From IMG/VR virus record IMGVR_UViG_3300020583_000224, positions 58,713-122,712 of that record: 64,000 nucleotides of DNA. One strand, written 5' to 3'. The notes under the pieces are model-generated. The model was not told the origin of the DNA, did not search any database, and saw nothing but the letters and a program-made list of their open reading frames with translations. The stretch is from a virus. Of this stretch, positions 11,919 to 22,368 are shown piece by piece; positions within the stretch are counted from its first letter, which is position 1, and every line of letters begins with the position of its first letter. A program made the position numbers and the translations under genes.

Positions 11919-12872
11919 TCAGCCTCCGATGAACAGTTGCGGAAGCTGGGCAAGGGCGGAGCGGACTTCGCGGTGCCGCTCGCGACGGCCAGCCTCCGCG
12001 CGCACCGCAGCGTCGTAGGCGGCCTTGGCCGCTTCCCATCCCGCGTCACTCGCCCCGATCTCCTCGTCAAGCTTTGAGAGCCAGTCGACGAGTTGAGATC
12101 GGGCTTCGACAACGCTCTCGACGTACATGCGCTGCTTCAGCAGCTCGAGGAGTGGTTCGCCGGCCGCGCGGAGTTCAGCCTCCATGATCTCGTCGGTCGT
12201 GATGATCTGAAAGTCCGAGAAGTCGGGCGCCAGGGAGATCAAGACGCCATCAGAGATGGCCATGAGGATGAGTCTTTCCAGCTCCGAGGGACGCACCCCA
12301 CGGTGCGGTGCCGCGCGGTGCTGCGTCAGCGGCTTCGTTGCCTCGGCTTCGGCGTGGGGGATGTCGAAGCCGAGGCAGGCCACCTTTCGGGCGGCAATCT
12401 GCCAGTTGGCCTGGACATGCACGCCGGTCTCGTCGTTGACGCTCTCGTCGATGGAAAGTGTCTCCGAGCGGGTCGTAACGAGGTCGTTGCAGCGGTTGAG
12501 CCGAGTGGACGTCGGCAGACCGTGGGCCATTCGGCTGACATGGTGTGCTAGTAGTGCGTCGGCCTCGGCGCAGATCAAGGTGCCGAACGTGGCATCTTTC
12601 GCGACATGGGCGCGGCGAAGGTTCTCGCCTCGTTGCCAGACGATGTGCCAGTGGTCGTCACGCGTGCATCCTTCGGGGTGCCAGGTGACGTGTCCCCAGG
12701 GGACGCCGTTGAGGGTGCCGTCCTCGGCGATCAGCGGCTCCTCGATCAGTTGCTTGAAGATGCCTTGGGTGACCTGCCGTGCTCCGATGGTGAGGGTCTT
12801 CACCTCGACGGTCATCGTGGTCACGGACGCGTTGTGCACGGTGAGGCGCTTGCCGCTGGCGGGTTCGTTCAT
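11919..12872 (-). CDS. Hypothetical phage protein (317 aa)
   Basis: ATG with AAGGAG RBS; the N-terminal extension in the ORF track crosses the iteron region and is not credible. Confidence 0.7.
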   Translation of the reverse strand: MNEPASGKRLTVHNASVTTMTVEVKTLTIGARQVTQGIFKQLIEEPLIAEDGTLNGVPWGHVTWHPEGCTRDDHWHIVWQRGENLRRAHVAKDATFGTLICAEADALLAHHVSRMAHGLPTSTRLNRCNDLVTTRSETLSIDESVNDETGVHVQANWQIAARKVACLGFDIPHAEAEATKPLTQHRAAPHRGVRPSELERLILMAISDGVLISLAPDFSDFQIITTDEIMEAELRAAGEPLLELLKQRMYVESVVEARSQLVDWLSKLDEEIGASDAGWEAAKAAYDAAVRAEAGRRERHREVRSALAQLPQLFIGG

Positions 12873-12969
12873 GTCGCTGCTCCTTTGCTGGTTACGGGTC
12901 AGGCTTCTTATGCTGACGGCGCGCGCCGACAACGGCGTTCGCGCGTCAACTTCGACGCGCCCCTTGGGG

Positions 12970-13220
12970 GTGGACCACGAGTCATCCCCCCTTAGGGGGA
13001 CCATGTGGTCCAGTGGTCCACCGCAGGTCAGAGGCTTGGATCTGGCAAGTGGTCCGCGAAAAGTGGACCACCCGTGATCGCAACTCTCTGACCTGGCCAT
13101 ATGGGGTGGTCCAGATCGCCGGTCCACCTGGTCCAAGCCTCTTTCAGTATGAGGGGACTGATTCGCGACGTGTGCTGACCTGCTGGATCCCAATTGGCCC
13201 AGTGGACCATCCGAGGTCAG
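12970..13220. repeat. Iteron-like array, candidate replication origin
   Basis: About 10 copies of (G)TGG[A/T]CCA-like motifs (12970, 12996, 13005, 13013, 13049, 13063, 13106, 13119, 13128, 13202) plus 4 copies of CTGACCT(G)/(C)AGGTCAG (13024, 13088, 13175, 13213). Confidence 0.65.
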
Positions 13221-13234
13221 GCGGCATATGAGAG

Positions 13235-14587
13235 TCACTCGTTCCCCTCGAATCGCAGGGCGTCCCACTCGGCCTTGTGCTCCTCCAGCGCCCGCTGAAT
13301 GCTGCCCTTTGCGGCCTGGAGGATCTCGGCGAGGTCGCGCTGCGAGATCCGCGCCCCGGCCTCGACGCACGTCGCCTTTATGCGCAGCCAGAGCAGGTCC
13401 CTCTCGCGCGTCACGGCGGTCCACGGCCATGCCCCACCCATTTGCAGGATCATCGGCCACTCGCGTTCGTCGCGCTGTCCGCGCCAGTGCTGCAGCTCGC
13501 CCTCGGGGGAGAGGTAGATCCCGAACTCGGGCCAGCGGAGCCACAGGGACGCCCCGTATGGGCGGGTAGGCCGCTTCGCGCCGCCGCTCGCGTGCGGCGA
13601 GTGCGCCTCGAGGATGAGCGCGAACCCGTACTCGGTGCGCAGGCGGTCAAAGAGGCTGGCGGCGTTGCGCGCGGCGGCCTCAGGGTTCTTCGGGTCCTCG
13701 CTGATCAGCTTGTAGAGCGGTCCGCCGATTACGATGTCCGGGTCCACGGCCTTGACAGTCGCCTCGAGAGTTGCCGCATCCTTAGAGTCGGCTAGGTCGA
13801 AGCCAGCCGGGTGGATGACGAGGTGAAGTGCAAGCTTGTCGCTGCCCGTCGCTGCCACGAGAGAACGGATCTTGCGCTTCACTTGGCGGTCGCTGTTTTC
13901 CACGTCAAGCAGCAGCACCCGCAGGGGGGTGATGTCGGGTCCGCCAAACGGGTGGATGCCTGCGGCAAGCTGCACGGCCATCTGTCGCAGCAGCGTCGAC
14001 TTTCCCTTGCCTTCCTGGCCCGTGAGGATGACGCGGTCGCCGCGTTCAAGCAGGCCCGGCACCAGCCAGTCGTACGGCTCGTCTTCGCCAGCGAGGAACT
14101 CGTAGATTGAGGGTGCGGGAAGCCCTTTGTGGCGGCGTCCGCCGTCGGTCTCCCGCTGGAAGTCGGCGAGGAACAGCCGCTCGGCCTCGGGCAGATCCTC
14201 GGGTCGGGTCTCCCGGTAGAGCTGAGCCAGCTTCATCGCGCGGCGTTCGCCCTTGCGGAGCTTGTCGGTGTCGCGCACGCGCTCGGCATAGGCCCCAGCG
14301 TTGGCGGCGAACGGCACTGCCTGAGTGAGGTCGTGCAGGTATGCGGGTCCGCCAATCTTCTGGAGTTCTCCGCAGCGACTCAATTCACCCGCGACGGTGA
14401 CCATGTCCACGGGCTGGCTTTCGCCGTAGAGGTCGAGGATCGCGTTGAAGATCTTCTCGTGGCGGGGGTGGTAGAACTGGTCGCCGTCTTCGAGGACGCA
14501 GATGACCTCCGCGATCGCGTCGCGGCTGAGCATCATGCCGCCGAGCGTCGCCTGCTCAGCCTCGATGTCCTGAGGCGGCTCGTTCAC
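13235..14587 (-). CDS. Replication protein: DnaB N-terminal domain + RecA/AAA_25-type ATPase + C-terminal HTH
   Basis: PPQDIEAEQATLGGMM (DnaB-N), GQEGKGKS Walker A, LLLDVEN, RPYGASLW, ISQRDLAEILQAAKGSIQRAL; GTG start with AGGAGA RBS. Confidence 0.85.
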   Translation of the reverse strand: MNEPPQDIEAEQATLGGMMLSRDAIAEVICVLEDGDQFYHPRHEKIFNAILDLYGESQPVDMVTVAGELSRCGELQKIGGPAYLHDLTQAVPFAANAGAYAERVRDTDKLRKGERRAMKLAQLYRETRPEDLPEAERLFLADFQRETDGGRRHKGLPAPSIYEFLAGEDEPYDWLVPGLLERGDRVILTGQEGKGKSTLLRQMAVQLAAGIHPFGGPDITPLRVLLLDVENSDRQVKRKIRSLVAATGSDKLALHLVIHPAGFDLADSKDAATLEATVKAVDPDIVIGGPLYKLISEDPKNPEAAARNAASLFDRLRTEYGFALILEAHSPHASGGAKRPTRPYGASLWLRWPEFGIYLSPEGELQHWRGQRDEREWPMILQMGGAWPWTAVTRERDLLWLRIKATCVEAGARISQRDLAEILQAAKGSIQRALEEHKAEWDALRFEGNE

Positions 14588-14703
14588 AGGGCGGTCTCCT
14601 CTGAAGCCGAGGCGAAGATCACGGGGTGGGTGGTGTTCCTGTTTTCCGGCGGACACGTACACTGACCGCGTAGCAACCGTGCTGCTACAGCGGCATTGAC
14701 ACC

Positions 14704-15462
14704 GTGGCGCCACAGTTGATCGAGGAGGCGACCCGCCCAGTGGTACAGGACCCATCCCAGGTGAGCGCTCGGCAGATCGCCGCCGAAATGAATGCGCGTA
14801 TCGACGCAGGTGAACTTCGGCCCGGCGACACGCTGCCGACGGTGCGCGAGTTGATGGAGCAGTTCGGCGCGTCCACAAACACCGTTCAGCGCGCACTTCG
14901 CGAACTGAAGGACCGTGGGCTGATCAGCAAACTTGGACGCAACAACGTCGTTCGGCATCCGGTTCAGTTGGTCGAGCGATCGGCGGACTACACGCGCCCG
15001 CTCGGCGAGGGCGAGCCGATCCCGCACAGGGACAAGCCTCGAATCACGGAGGTCGGCCCCACGGGCGCACCGGACTACGTTGCGGACCTCCTCGGCGTTG
15101 CGCCAGGCGACGTGGTGCTGGTCAGGCGTCGCACGATGATCCGCAACGAGGTCGAGCCCGTCGAGTTGGTCTCCTCGTTCTACCCGATGGAGATTGCAGG
15201 CGGCACGGAACTCGCGAAGCGCGCGCTCGTGAAGGGCGGCTCGCCAACGGCGCTTGCCCGCCTGGGCTACTTGTCCGGACCGTCTACCGAGTGGGTGTTC
15301 GGCCGCCTCCCCACGCCGGGAGAAGCGGAGAGACTGAATCTCCCGGCCGGCGCTCCGGTACTCCGGATTCTTCGCCAGATTCGGACGGCCGAAGGACGCC
15401 CGCTCGAGGTGATCGAGATGGTGATGAGTGCCGAGCGGAACGTCTTGAGGTACGAGCTGTAG
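14704..15462 (+). CDS. GntR/UTRA repressor (KorSA-like); start uncertain
   Basis: GELRPGDTLPTVRELMEQFGASTNTVQRAL wHTH plus UTRA-type C-terminus (PVELVSSFYP, PTPGEAERLNL). Confidence 0.9.
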   Translation: MAPQLIEEATRPVVQDPSQVSARQIAAEMNARIDAGELRPGDTLPTVRELMEQFGASTNTVQRALRELKDRGLISKLGRNNVVRHPVQLVERSADYTRPLGEGEPIPHRDKPRITEVGPTGAPDYVADLLGVAPGDVVLVRRRTMIRNEVEPVELVSSFYPMEIAGGTELAKRALVKGGSPTALARLGYLSGPSTEWVFGRLPTPGEAERLNLPAGAPVLRILRQIRTAEGRPLEVIEMVMSAERNVLRYEL

Positions 15463-15486
15463 CGTCATCCCGCACCCTTCGATTAG

Positions 15487-15515
15487 AGGCCCCGGTCGTT
15501 CTGACCGGGGCTTTC
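15487..15515 (+). terminator. Intrinsic terminator after gntR
   Basis: GCCCCGGTC-GTTCT-GACCGGGGC followed by TTT. Confidence 0.7.
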
Positions 15516-15544
15516 GCTGTCTCCAGAAGAATCTTCATCGCCAT

Positions 15545-15575
15545 TGTAGCGCTACAGAGATTGTAGCGCTATAGT
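15545..15575 (+). promoter_or_regulatory. Tandem palindromic operators overlapping a -10 box
   Basis: TGTAGCGCTACA (15545-15556) and TGTAGCGCTATA (15562-15573); TATAGT at 15570. Confidence 0.75.
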
Positions 15576-15607
15576 CGTCACCAGAGCCACTAAGACAAGG
15601 AGGACCG

Positions 15608-15814
15608 ATGGCGGCGATCACACCGCGACCCGACCTCGGCGTGATGTTCGAGCCTGAGGCGGTAGCCGACGCGTTGCACGTCGGACGCGGCACGGTCTAC
15701 CGCCTGATCCGCAGCGGCGAACTGAAGGCCAAGAAGATCGGCCGGCAGTACCGCATCCCCGAGGCGTCGCTGAACGAGTACCTCGGCCTCGAACAGCTAG
15801 AGCAGTCCGCATAA
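15608..15814 (+). CDS. Excisionase-like HTH_17 protein
   Basis: FEPEAVADALHVGRGTVYRLIRSGELKAKKIGRQYRIP. Confidence 0.88.
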   Translation: MAAITPRPDLGVMFEPEAVADALHVGRGTVYRLIRSGELKAKKIGRQYRIPEASLNEYLGLEQLEQSA

Positions 15815-15870
15815 CCATCCCCGCGGGGTCCGGCGGCTTCCCTCCCCGGCAACCGGACCCCGCACCACAC

Positions 15871-15949
15871 GCCCTCCGTTGGTCGGAGAGTTCGCTGCCG
15901 TGCCGCACCCGGCAGCGAACGGGCACCGGTTCAACTCCGGTGGAGGGCA
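15871..15949 (+). ncRNA. tRNA-like element lacking a D-arm
   Basis: GCCCTCC/GGAGGGC 7-bp acceptor-like stem, 11-bp central hairpin, ACCGG-TTCAACT-CCGGT T-arm. Confidence 0.55.
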
Positions 15950-16021
15950 CGTAAAAGCCCGGCTGACGGGTCGAGTCCGACAGCCGGGCAAGCCAAACCC
16001 TCCAGCGAAGAGGATCCAGAC

Positions 16022-19000
16022 ATGGACCAGGTTACAGCGACCAGCCGACAGGCCGCGTACGACTACGACCACGCGTTCCTCATGATCGCCGCAGTCGACC
16101 AGGCCGCCGCGTCCGACGACTTCCACGCCGGGATCATCGCCGGATACAACCTGCTCCGGCACCCGTCCGGGGCCGCGAAGTTCACCGCCGCCGTCGAGGC
16201 GCAGCGCCAGCGCATCCAGGACGACGCCGAGCTCGGCGACGACACCGACGGGAGCGCACTCTGATGACGCTGCGGAACGGCAACCACTGCTACGGCTACC
16301 GGTGCACCTGCGGCGCCACCGGCTCCGGCTACCCGTCCGAGTCCGCCGCCGCGCGGGCCGAGCGGCACCACGCCGAACGCAACCCGATCGTGCACAAGCC
16401 GAAGGCGGACGCGCGATGAACCTGACGGACTACGTCCTGGACCGCACCCTGTGCACCCGCTGCGGCAACGAAGGCACGCTCAAGCACGAAGGCAAGTACG
16501 AGGGCTGCCCCGACTGCCCGCGAGGCCAGGAAGTCAACCGGCAACTCGCCGAGATCAAGACCGAGCAGGACCGCACCAACGCCGACCACGACGAGTCGGA
16601 CGAGCCGTACGGCTTCTGCTTCCTGCACGGCGAGGAATGGGGCAAAGGCGGCGGCTGCGAAGGCTGCTCCGACGAGAACCGCGACACGCGCCGCGCCGCC
16701 TACGCAGAAAGGCGGGCCGCGTCATGAACGCCGACCAGCAGCACGCCAAGAACGCGCCCCTGACGGCGCTCGCCCACTGCGGCATCGACACCGACACCGC
16801 CGACCAGTACGTTGCGGACGCGATCCCGAGTGTCCACTCCGAGACCGTCGCCCGCTGGATCACCCTCGCCTACCAGGCTGGGCAAGGCGCCCTCGCCGCC
16901 GACGTCCGCGCCCTGAAACTCCGCGTCACGGCGATCGAGGCGGCCGGCGCCGACCACGCCCCGCCGATGGCCGTCGACTTCGACGCGCTACGCCCGATCG
17001 CCGAACGGAGGACCAACTCGTGAACCGCCTCACCGCCTGGATCAAGACCGTCATCGTCGGTCACCGCAAGCACCTCACCGACGAGCAGCTCGCGGGAGAC
17101 GACTGCGCCCTGTGCGGTCGCCGGTTCCTCACCTACCGCACCTCGTACGGCTGGATCGGGCTGCCGTTCCTCGGCCGCCGCGCCTGGGCGTGCGAAACCG
17201 CGTGCACCATCACCGCAGTCGAAGACATCGAGGCACTGTTCCGTGCGGCGATCCCGGCCCAGCAGCGCGTGGACTTCTACCACCTCGGCATCGACGACAT
17301 CCAACTCGTCACCGCCCCGGACGGCAGCGACATGGTCGACGAGGACTACGTGGCGGGGATCGCCGCACAGCCCCACGTCGAGGTCGAGATCGTCCACGCG
17401 GGCGGGATCCTGACCACGCGCCCACTGCCCGAGCAGTACGCCGGATACATCGCCGTACAGGCGCAGAAGCTCGGGTTCACGGCCATGATCAGCGAGGGGG
17501 CAGTGCGATGAGCGCGGCAACCAAGACCCGGCACCTCGTGGCCGTCCCCGACGCGCCCGCCCCGACCGCGCCCAGCGACGTGGAAGTCGCCCGGTTCTAC
17601 GTCGAGCAGCAGGCGACGCTCACCGAGCAGCACCAGGCCGCGCATGTTGCGCTCGCAGTACCCGACGTGGAGCAGGATCTGCTCGACGCTGTAGCGGACA
17701 CCGTGCGTGCGCTCGAGCAGCCCGGCGCCAACCGTCACGCGCTCCTGGCCGATCTCGCCCGGCGCATGTACCGGCACGGGCACGTCGACGGGGCAGCAGA
17801 CCGGAAGCCCGGCGAACGGCACCTGAAGCTCGCCGACAGCGTGCTCGCCGAAGTCGTCGTCCTCGAGCAGCGCGACCGGCAGGCGTTGCGCGCCACCGAG
17901 CACGCGATCAAGCGCGGGACGGTGAAGGCGTGAGCAGCCGGACCGCCACCCAGACCGCCGACCACGCGCAGCTCAGCCGCGCCTACTACGAGCACTGCCA
18001 GAACTGCCCCTGCTGCCGCCGCGGCCAGACCTGGTGCGAGACCGGCACCGCGATCCTCGCCGCCATAGCCACCACCCGCGCCGACAGCGACCTGCCCGGC
18101 TACGGAGAAGGAGCCTGACATGCGCCGACTACTCCTCGCCGCGACAGCCGCGCTGCTCCTTGCTACGGCCGGCTGCAACCTGAGCCTTGACCCGACCAAC
18201 GTCACCGGCACCGTCACCTCCCACGATGTCAGGTACAACCCCGCAACCAAGGTCAACAACTACTACCTCACCATCGCGGGCACCGAGTACCGCGTCAACT
18301 ACGACACCTACAACCACTGCCGCGACGGCCAGCAGTACCCCAAGTGCAAGTGACCCGCATCAAGAAGGAGAACTGACCATGGCCCTGCGCATCAGCTGGT
18401 CCAACCGAGGCGGACTCCGCCTCACCGAACGCAAGCGGATCGGACGCCTCAGCGTCGGTGAGTCGATCCCACTCACGAAGTCGAAGAACGGCCGCAAGCG
18501 ACGCACCCGCCGCTGGATCTCGTTCCGGCTCTAACCCCAACCCGCCAGCCGAAACCAATGAAGGGGCAGTGCATGCCGTCCGAAGCCGATTTCAACACTG
18601 CCAGCAGGCGCCTCGACCGCCTCGAGGCCGCGGGCGCGCCACCCGCGGACATCGCGGCCGCCCGCGCCGAATACGACCGCATCGACGAGCAACTCACCAT
18701 CCAGCAACTCAACGCGCCCCGAACCAGGGCCGGGCAGTCCTGACCGGACGGCCCCGCTACCCCGAAAGGAACACCATGACCGACGCGTCCACCACCCCGC
18801 TCGACATCGTCGCCAGCCCCGACGACGACGAGTTCTACGAGCCCAGCGACGAACTCGTCAAGCACCTCGCCGACCACGTCACCGAGGTCTACGGCGCCAG
18901 CGCCCGGCTCCCCGAAGTCGGGATGCTCATGGATACCTGGCCCGAGACCCGGAACCTCGACGACGGGCAGCAGGAGGCCCTCGCCGAAGCGCTCGTCGAC

Positions 19001-21102
19001 GAACTCGCCGCCCGCGACAACGGAAGGCGCCGGTAACCGCCATGCGCAACCCGTTCCGCACCGACCCCGACGTCCAAGCCGCCCGAGGCGACCTCGCCGA
19101 GTACATGGACACCGCCAAGCGCTTCGGCAACTACGAGGAGACCCCCGAGTTCGCCGCCGCCAACCGCGCCGTCATCGACGCCGAGAACCGCGCTAAGGCG
19201 CGCCGCCGCTGACCGGACGGGCCAGGTCGAGCAGCGACCACGCGGACGCTGCTCACCTAGTCCGGCCGGACCGGACCGCAGACCAAGCCGACCCCACCGA
19301 AGGAGAACCAGCCATGGCCAAGAAGACCCAGGAAGAGCTGATCGTCGCCTACTCCGGCGCCGCAGCCCGAACCGGACAGCCCGCCTACAACCCCAACTCC
19401 ACCGAGCAGCAGGTCCAGCAGGCCACAGACAACATGCGCGCCGCCGAGCGGAACCTCGAGCGGCTGCGCAACGGGCACATCGAGTAGCAGCGGTCGGCGG
19501 ACCACGATCGCCGGCGGCCCTGAGCTCTCTCCAGGACCGCCGGTCCGCGCGGCCAACCGGCCCGAACCCAACCACTACGCCGAAGGAGGCGCCCAATGCT
19601 CGCGATCACCGTTCTACTACTCGCCGTCGGGGCACTGCTCGCCGCCCTCGGCACCATCGGGTTCGCCCTCGTCTGGCAGGCCCCGTCGCACGACGACCTC
19701 GCCATGGCGCGCAAGACCGCCACGATCGGGCGATGGCTTACCGTCCCCGGACTGTGCCTGTTCGCCGGACACTACGCGGCGGCCGGCCCGGGCCTGTACG
19801 CGCTCATGCTCGTCGTCGCCTTGACCGTAGCCAGCTTCATCACCAAGTCCACGACCCGGCCCGTCGCCGCGACAGGAGCAGCCCGGTGAACCCCCGCGAG
19901 CAAGCCCAAGCCATCACCGACCTCGCAGGCATCGAGGGCGGCGGCAAAAACACCGAAGCGTTCACCCGGTTCTTCCGCAGGGGATCGCGGACCGGCTGGA
20001 ACAGCCTCACCCAGGACGACTTCGCCATGGTCGAGGACGCGTTCGCCGACGCCGCGGGCGGGCCCCGTCGCAAGCGCAAGCACCCGCTCGTCTGGAAGAT
20101 CGGCTTCTGGTGGCACTGGCACGTCACCTCGCCGATCATCTACCCGCTCATCGAGGCGCCCTTTACCGCCTGCCGCAAGATCTACTGGCACGCCTGGAGG
20201 AAACGCCACGGCGGCGAAGTCATGGTCCCCGACTGGCGCGACGACGGCGAGGCGTACATCGCATTCATGCCCTGGGTCGAGGCCAACGCCCAGCGCCGCC
20301 AACTCGTCGCGAACCTGCCGCTGCGCCACCGCATAGCCGACCGTCTCAATCGCCTGCACGTCGCCTGGGGCTGGTGCTGCCCCGACTGCGGCATTGACTT
20401 CGCCGAGCCCGAGCACCTCGAGCCGCGCGACGTCCGGGCGTTCGCGGCCCTCGACGCCCACGTCGCAGAAGCCCACGGAGGTGCGGCACCCGAAGAAGCC
20501 GAGGCCGCCCAACTGTTCTGGATCTAGCGCGCCTAGACCTCAAGCCGACCAACCACCACGAAGGAGACCACGACCATGGCATGGCGAACGAAGAACGGGC
20601 AGACCAGCGAGCCCAACTACGACCGGCGCGGCACCGACGTGCGCCACGGCGTCGAGATCAAGGACTACAGCGAGCCCTGGCGCCAGGCCGAGCGCATCAA
20701 CAAGCGCGAAGCCATGACCCCCGAAGAGCGGCAGGCCGAGAGCCGCGAGATCTCGCGCAGGCTGTTCTCCCGCGACGACTGACCACACGAACTCCGCCTA
20801 CCCAAGAGCACGTCACCACCGAGAGGACCGCGGCCATGCATGAGCCGCACGCACCGTTCTGCACCAACCATGCCGAAGGTATCTGCCGGGCCGATGACCT
20901 CACGTCCGGCAAGTGGGAGATCGGGCTGTCCGAGGTGGACGGCGAGGCCACCGTGTACGTGTGGCATCCCGAGATCATCCCCGACGAGACGAGCGGCACA
21001 TTGCGCCCCGCCGAAGCTATCGAACTCGGACGCGCCCTCGTCGCGCAGGGCACTCGGGGCTTACTCCAAGGCGGCGCCGCCGCCTCAGCGGATGCCGTGT
21101 AG
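16022..21102 (+). other. Rightward array of small plasmid/AICE-like genes (e.g. 16022-16264, 16416-16727, 16724-17023, 17020-17511, 17508-17933, 17930-18118, 19596-19889, 19886-20527, 20576-20782)
   Basis: Coupled ORFs, several with strong GAAGGAG RBS. Confidence 0.65.
18120..18353 (+). CDS. Small lipoprotein
   Basis: MRR + hydrophobic stretch + LATAG|C lipobox. Confidence 0.7.
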   Translation: MRRLLLAATAALLLATAGCNLSLDPTNVTGTVTSHDVRYNPATKVNNYYLTIAGTEYRVNYDTYNHCRDGQQYPKCK

Positions 21103-21993
21103 GGCCTTCGTGATCCACCGCACCACCGCCCTGCTTGCCGCGCCCAGGCCGAAGACGGCAAGCAGACCATCGGACCGGGTGTACTGCGCGAGATGGACGG
21201 CGGTCGTGATGCAAATGCCCAACAGGACGAAGATGTCGACTTCCAGCACCGCCACTGCTATCCGGAGTCCATCCACCTTCGCCCTGCGCCGGCGCCACCA
21301 CGGCAGGCCGACAACTTCGACGGGCGGGGCATCTGGGGCAACCCAAACTTCGAGGTTCGGCTCAGGGCAACCGTCCGGGTCGTGAAGGCTGAGTGTGAAG
21401 GACCCTGGGGCAAGCCCGTAGTCCTCCGTCAGGATGCTGCCCGCCACGTCGTAGATCTCACTCTTAGATCCCGGCTTGACCAGTGGTCCGCACGTCCAAT
21501 AGCCGAGCTCGGTGATCTGCGGAAACCATATCCGTACGCAATCCGGATCGAGCCCCTCCTGATTCGACGAGACGACTGCCGCATAATGCGGCGCGGCATT
21601 CCCGCGAGCCCAGCCCCCGCCCCGATGCTGCATGGCGGACGCGAGCAGCCCCAGCCTCCACGGCCGCGGTTCGTGATGCCCCGGACTGCTGCTCGGCTCC
21701 CAACCCAACCGGTAGTCGTAGTCCCGACTCTTGTTGTAGATCGGGTTCTCGTACTTGAACGCGCAGTACTCCTCGATCGCCGCGCCAAGCCGGGACGTGT
21801 GCCAAACCGCCGTGCGCCAGTGGACCTCATTCCACCAGTCCTTGTCGCGCGCATGCTCGCGCCAGCGCTTGTCCGTGTCGTGGGCGATACCTACGTAGAG
21901 CAGACGCCCGGTGCGATCGTAGAACCGGTAGACGGCCGTCTTGCGCGCCGGTCCACAGTGCAGCGATGAACAGATCCCCACTACTCCCACCAC
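21085..21993 (-). CDS. GIY-YIG nuclease domain protein with hydrophobic C-terminal helices; start uncertain
   Basis: TAVYRFYD..GRLLYVGIA....RWREH...E......ENPIYN. Confidence 0.8.
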   Translation of the reverse strand: MVGVVGICSSLHCGPARKTAVYRFYDRTGRLLYVGIAHDTDKRWREHARDKDWWNEVHWRTAVWHTSRLGAAIEEYCAFKYENPIYNKSRDYDYRLGWEPSSSPGHHEPRPWRLGLLASAMQHRGGGWARGNAAPHYAAVVSSNQEGLDPDCVRIWFPQITELGYWTCGPLVKPGSKSEIYDVAGSILTEDYGLAPGSFTLSLHDPDGCPEPNLEVWVAPDAPPVEVVGLPWWRRRRAKVDGLRIAVAVLEVDIFVLLGICITTAVHLAQYTRSDGLLAVFGLGAASRAVVRWITKALHGIR

Positions 21994-22020
21994 CTGGTGG
22001 CACCCGGCGCGATTTGAAGC

Positions 22021-22281
22021 TCAGCCGCGAGTTTCGCGCCCCTCTGCGATCCGCTGTGCGGCTGACCGCTTGATCCCGAGCAGCCGGGCGACGGTTGCAT
22101 GCGAGTCGCCGCGCTCCCGCATTTCGAGCACGCCTGACCTGCGCACTTCCGCGGCGGCGATGACGTCGTCTTGCAGCTCACGCAGGATGTCCTGCGCCTT
22201 GAGGGCGCGCTCGGCCGGATCCTCGATGGCGCGTACCGCCTCGAGCCTGTCTCTGATCTCACGCATCTCTTCATCCGGCAC
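22021..22281 (-). CDS. Small HTH repressor divergent from the spd-traB operon
   Basis: GDSHATVARLLGIKRSAAQRI; TACACT 7 nt before GTG (leaderless-type). Confidence 0.7.
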   Translation of the reverse strand: MPDEEMREIRDRLEAVRAIEDPAERALKAQDILRELQDDVIAAAEVRRSGVLEMRERGDSHATVARLLGIKRSAAQRIAEGRETRG

Positions 22282-22368
22282 GAGTCGTAGTGTAAGCCCA
22301 TGAGCAAAGTGTACAGGGAGGGGGTACAGTAGAGATCGACGTATTCGAACACGAAGGAGCGAACCGCC

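Noticed and set aside
12970-13220. CRISPR array
   Set aside because: Repeats are 7-9 bp, irregularly spaced and in mixed orientation; no cas genes
12873-13544. N-terminal extensions in the ORF track (11919-13544, 13235-14896, 25094-27100, 9832-11076)
   Set aside because: They overlap other genes or repeats; downstream starts with RBS or translational coupling fit better
20545-20553. 9-nt complement (CCGACCAAC) to the single-stranded part of the 15871 RNA, near an RBS
   Set aside because: Too short; the same 9-mer also occurs in a tail gene near 63066, so chance is sufficient
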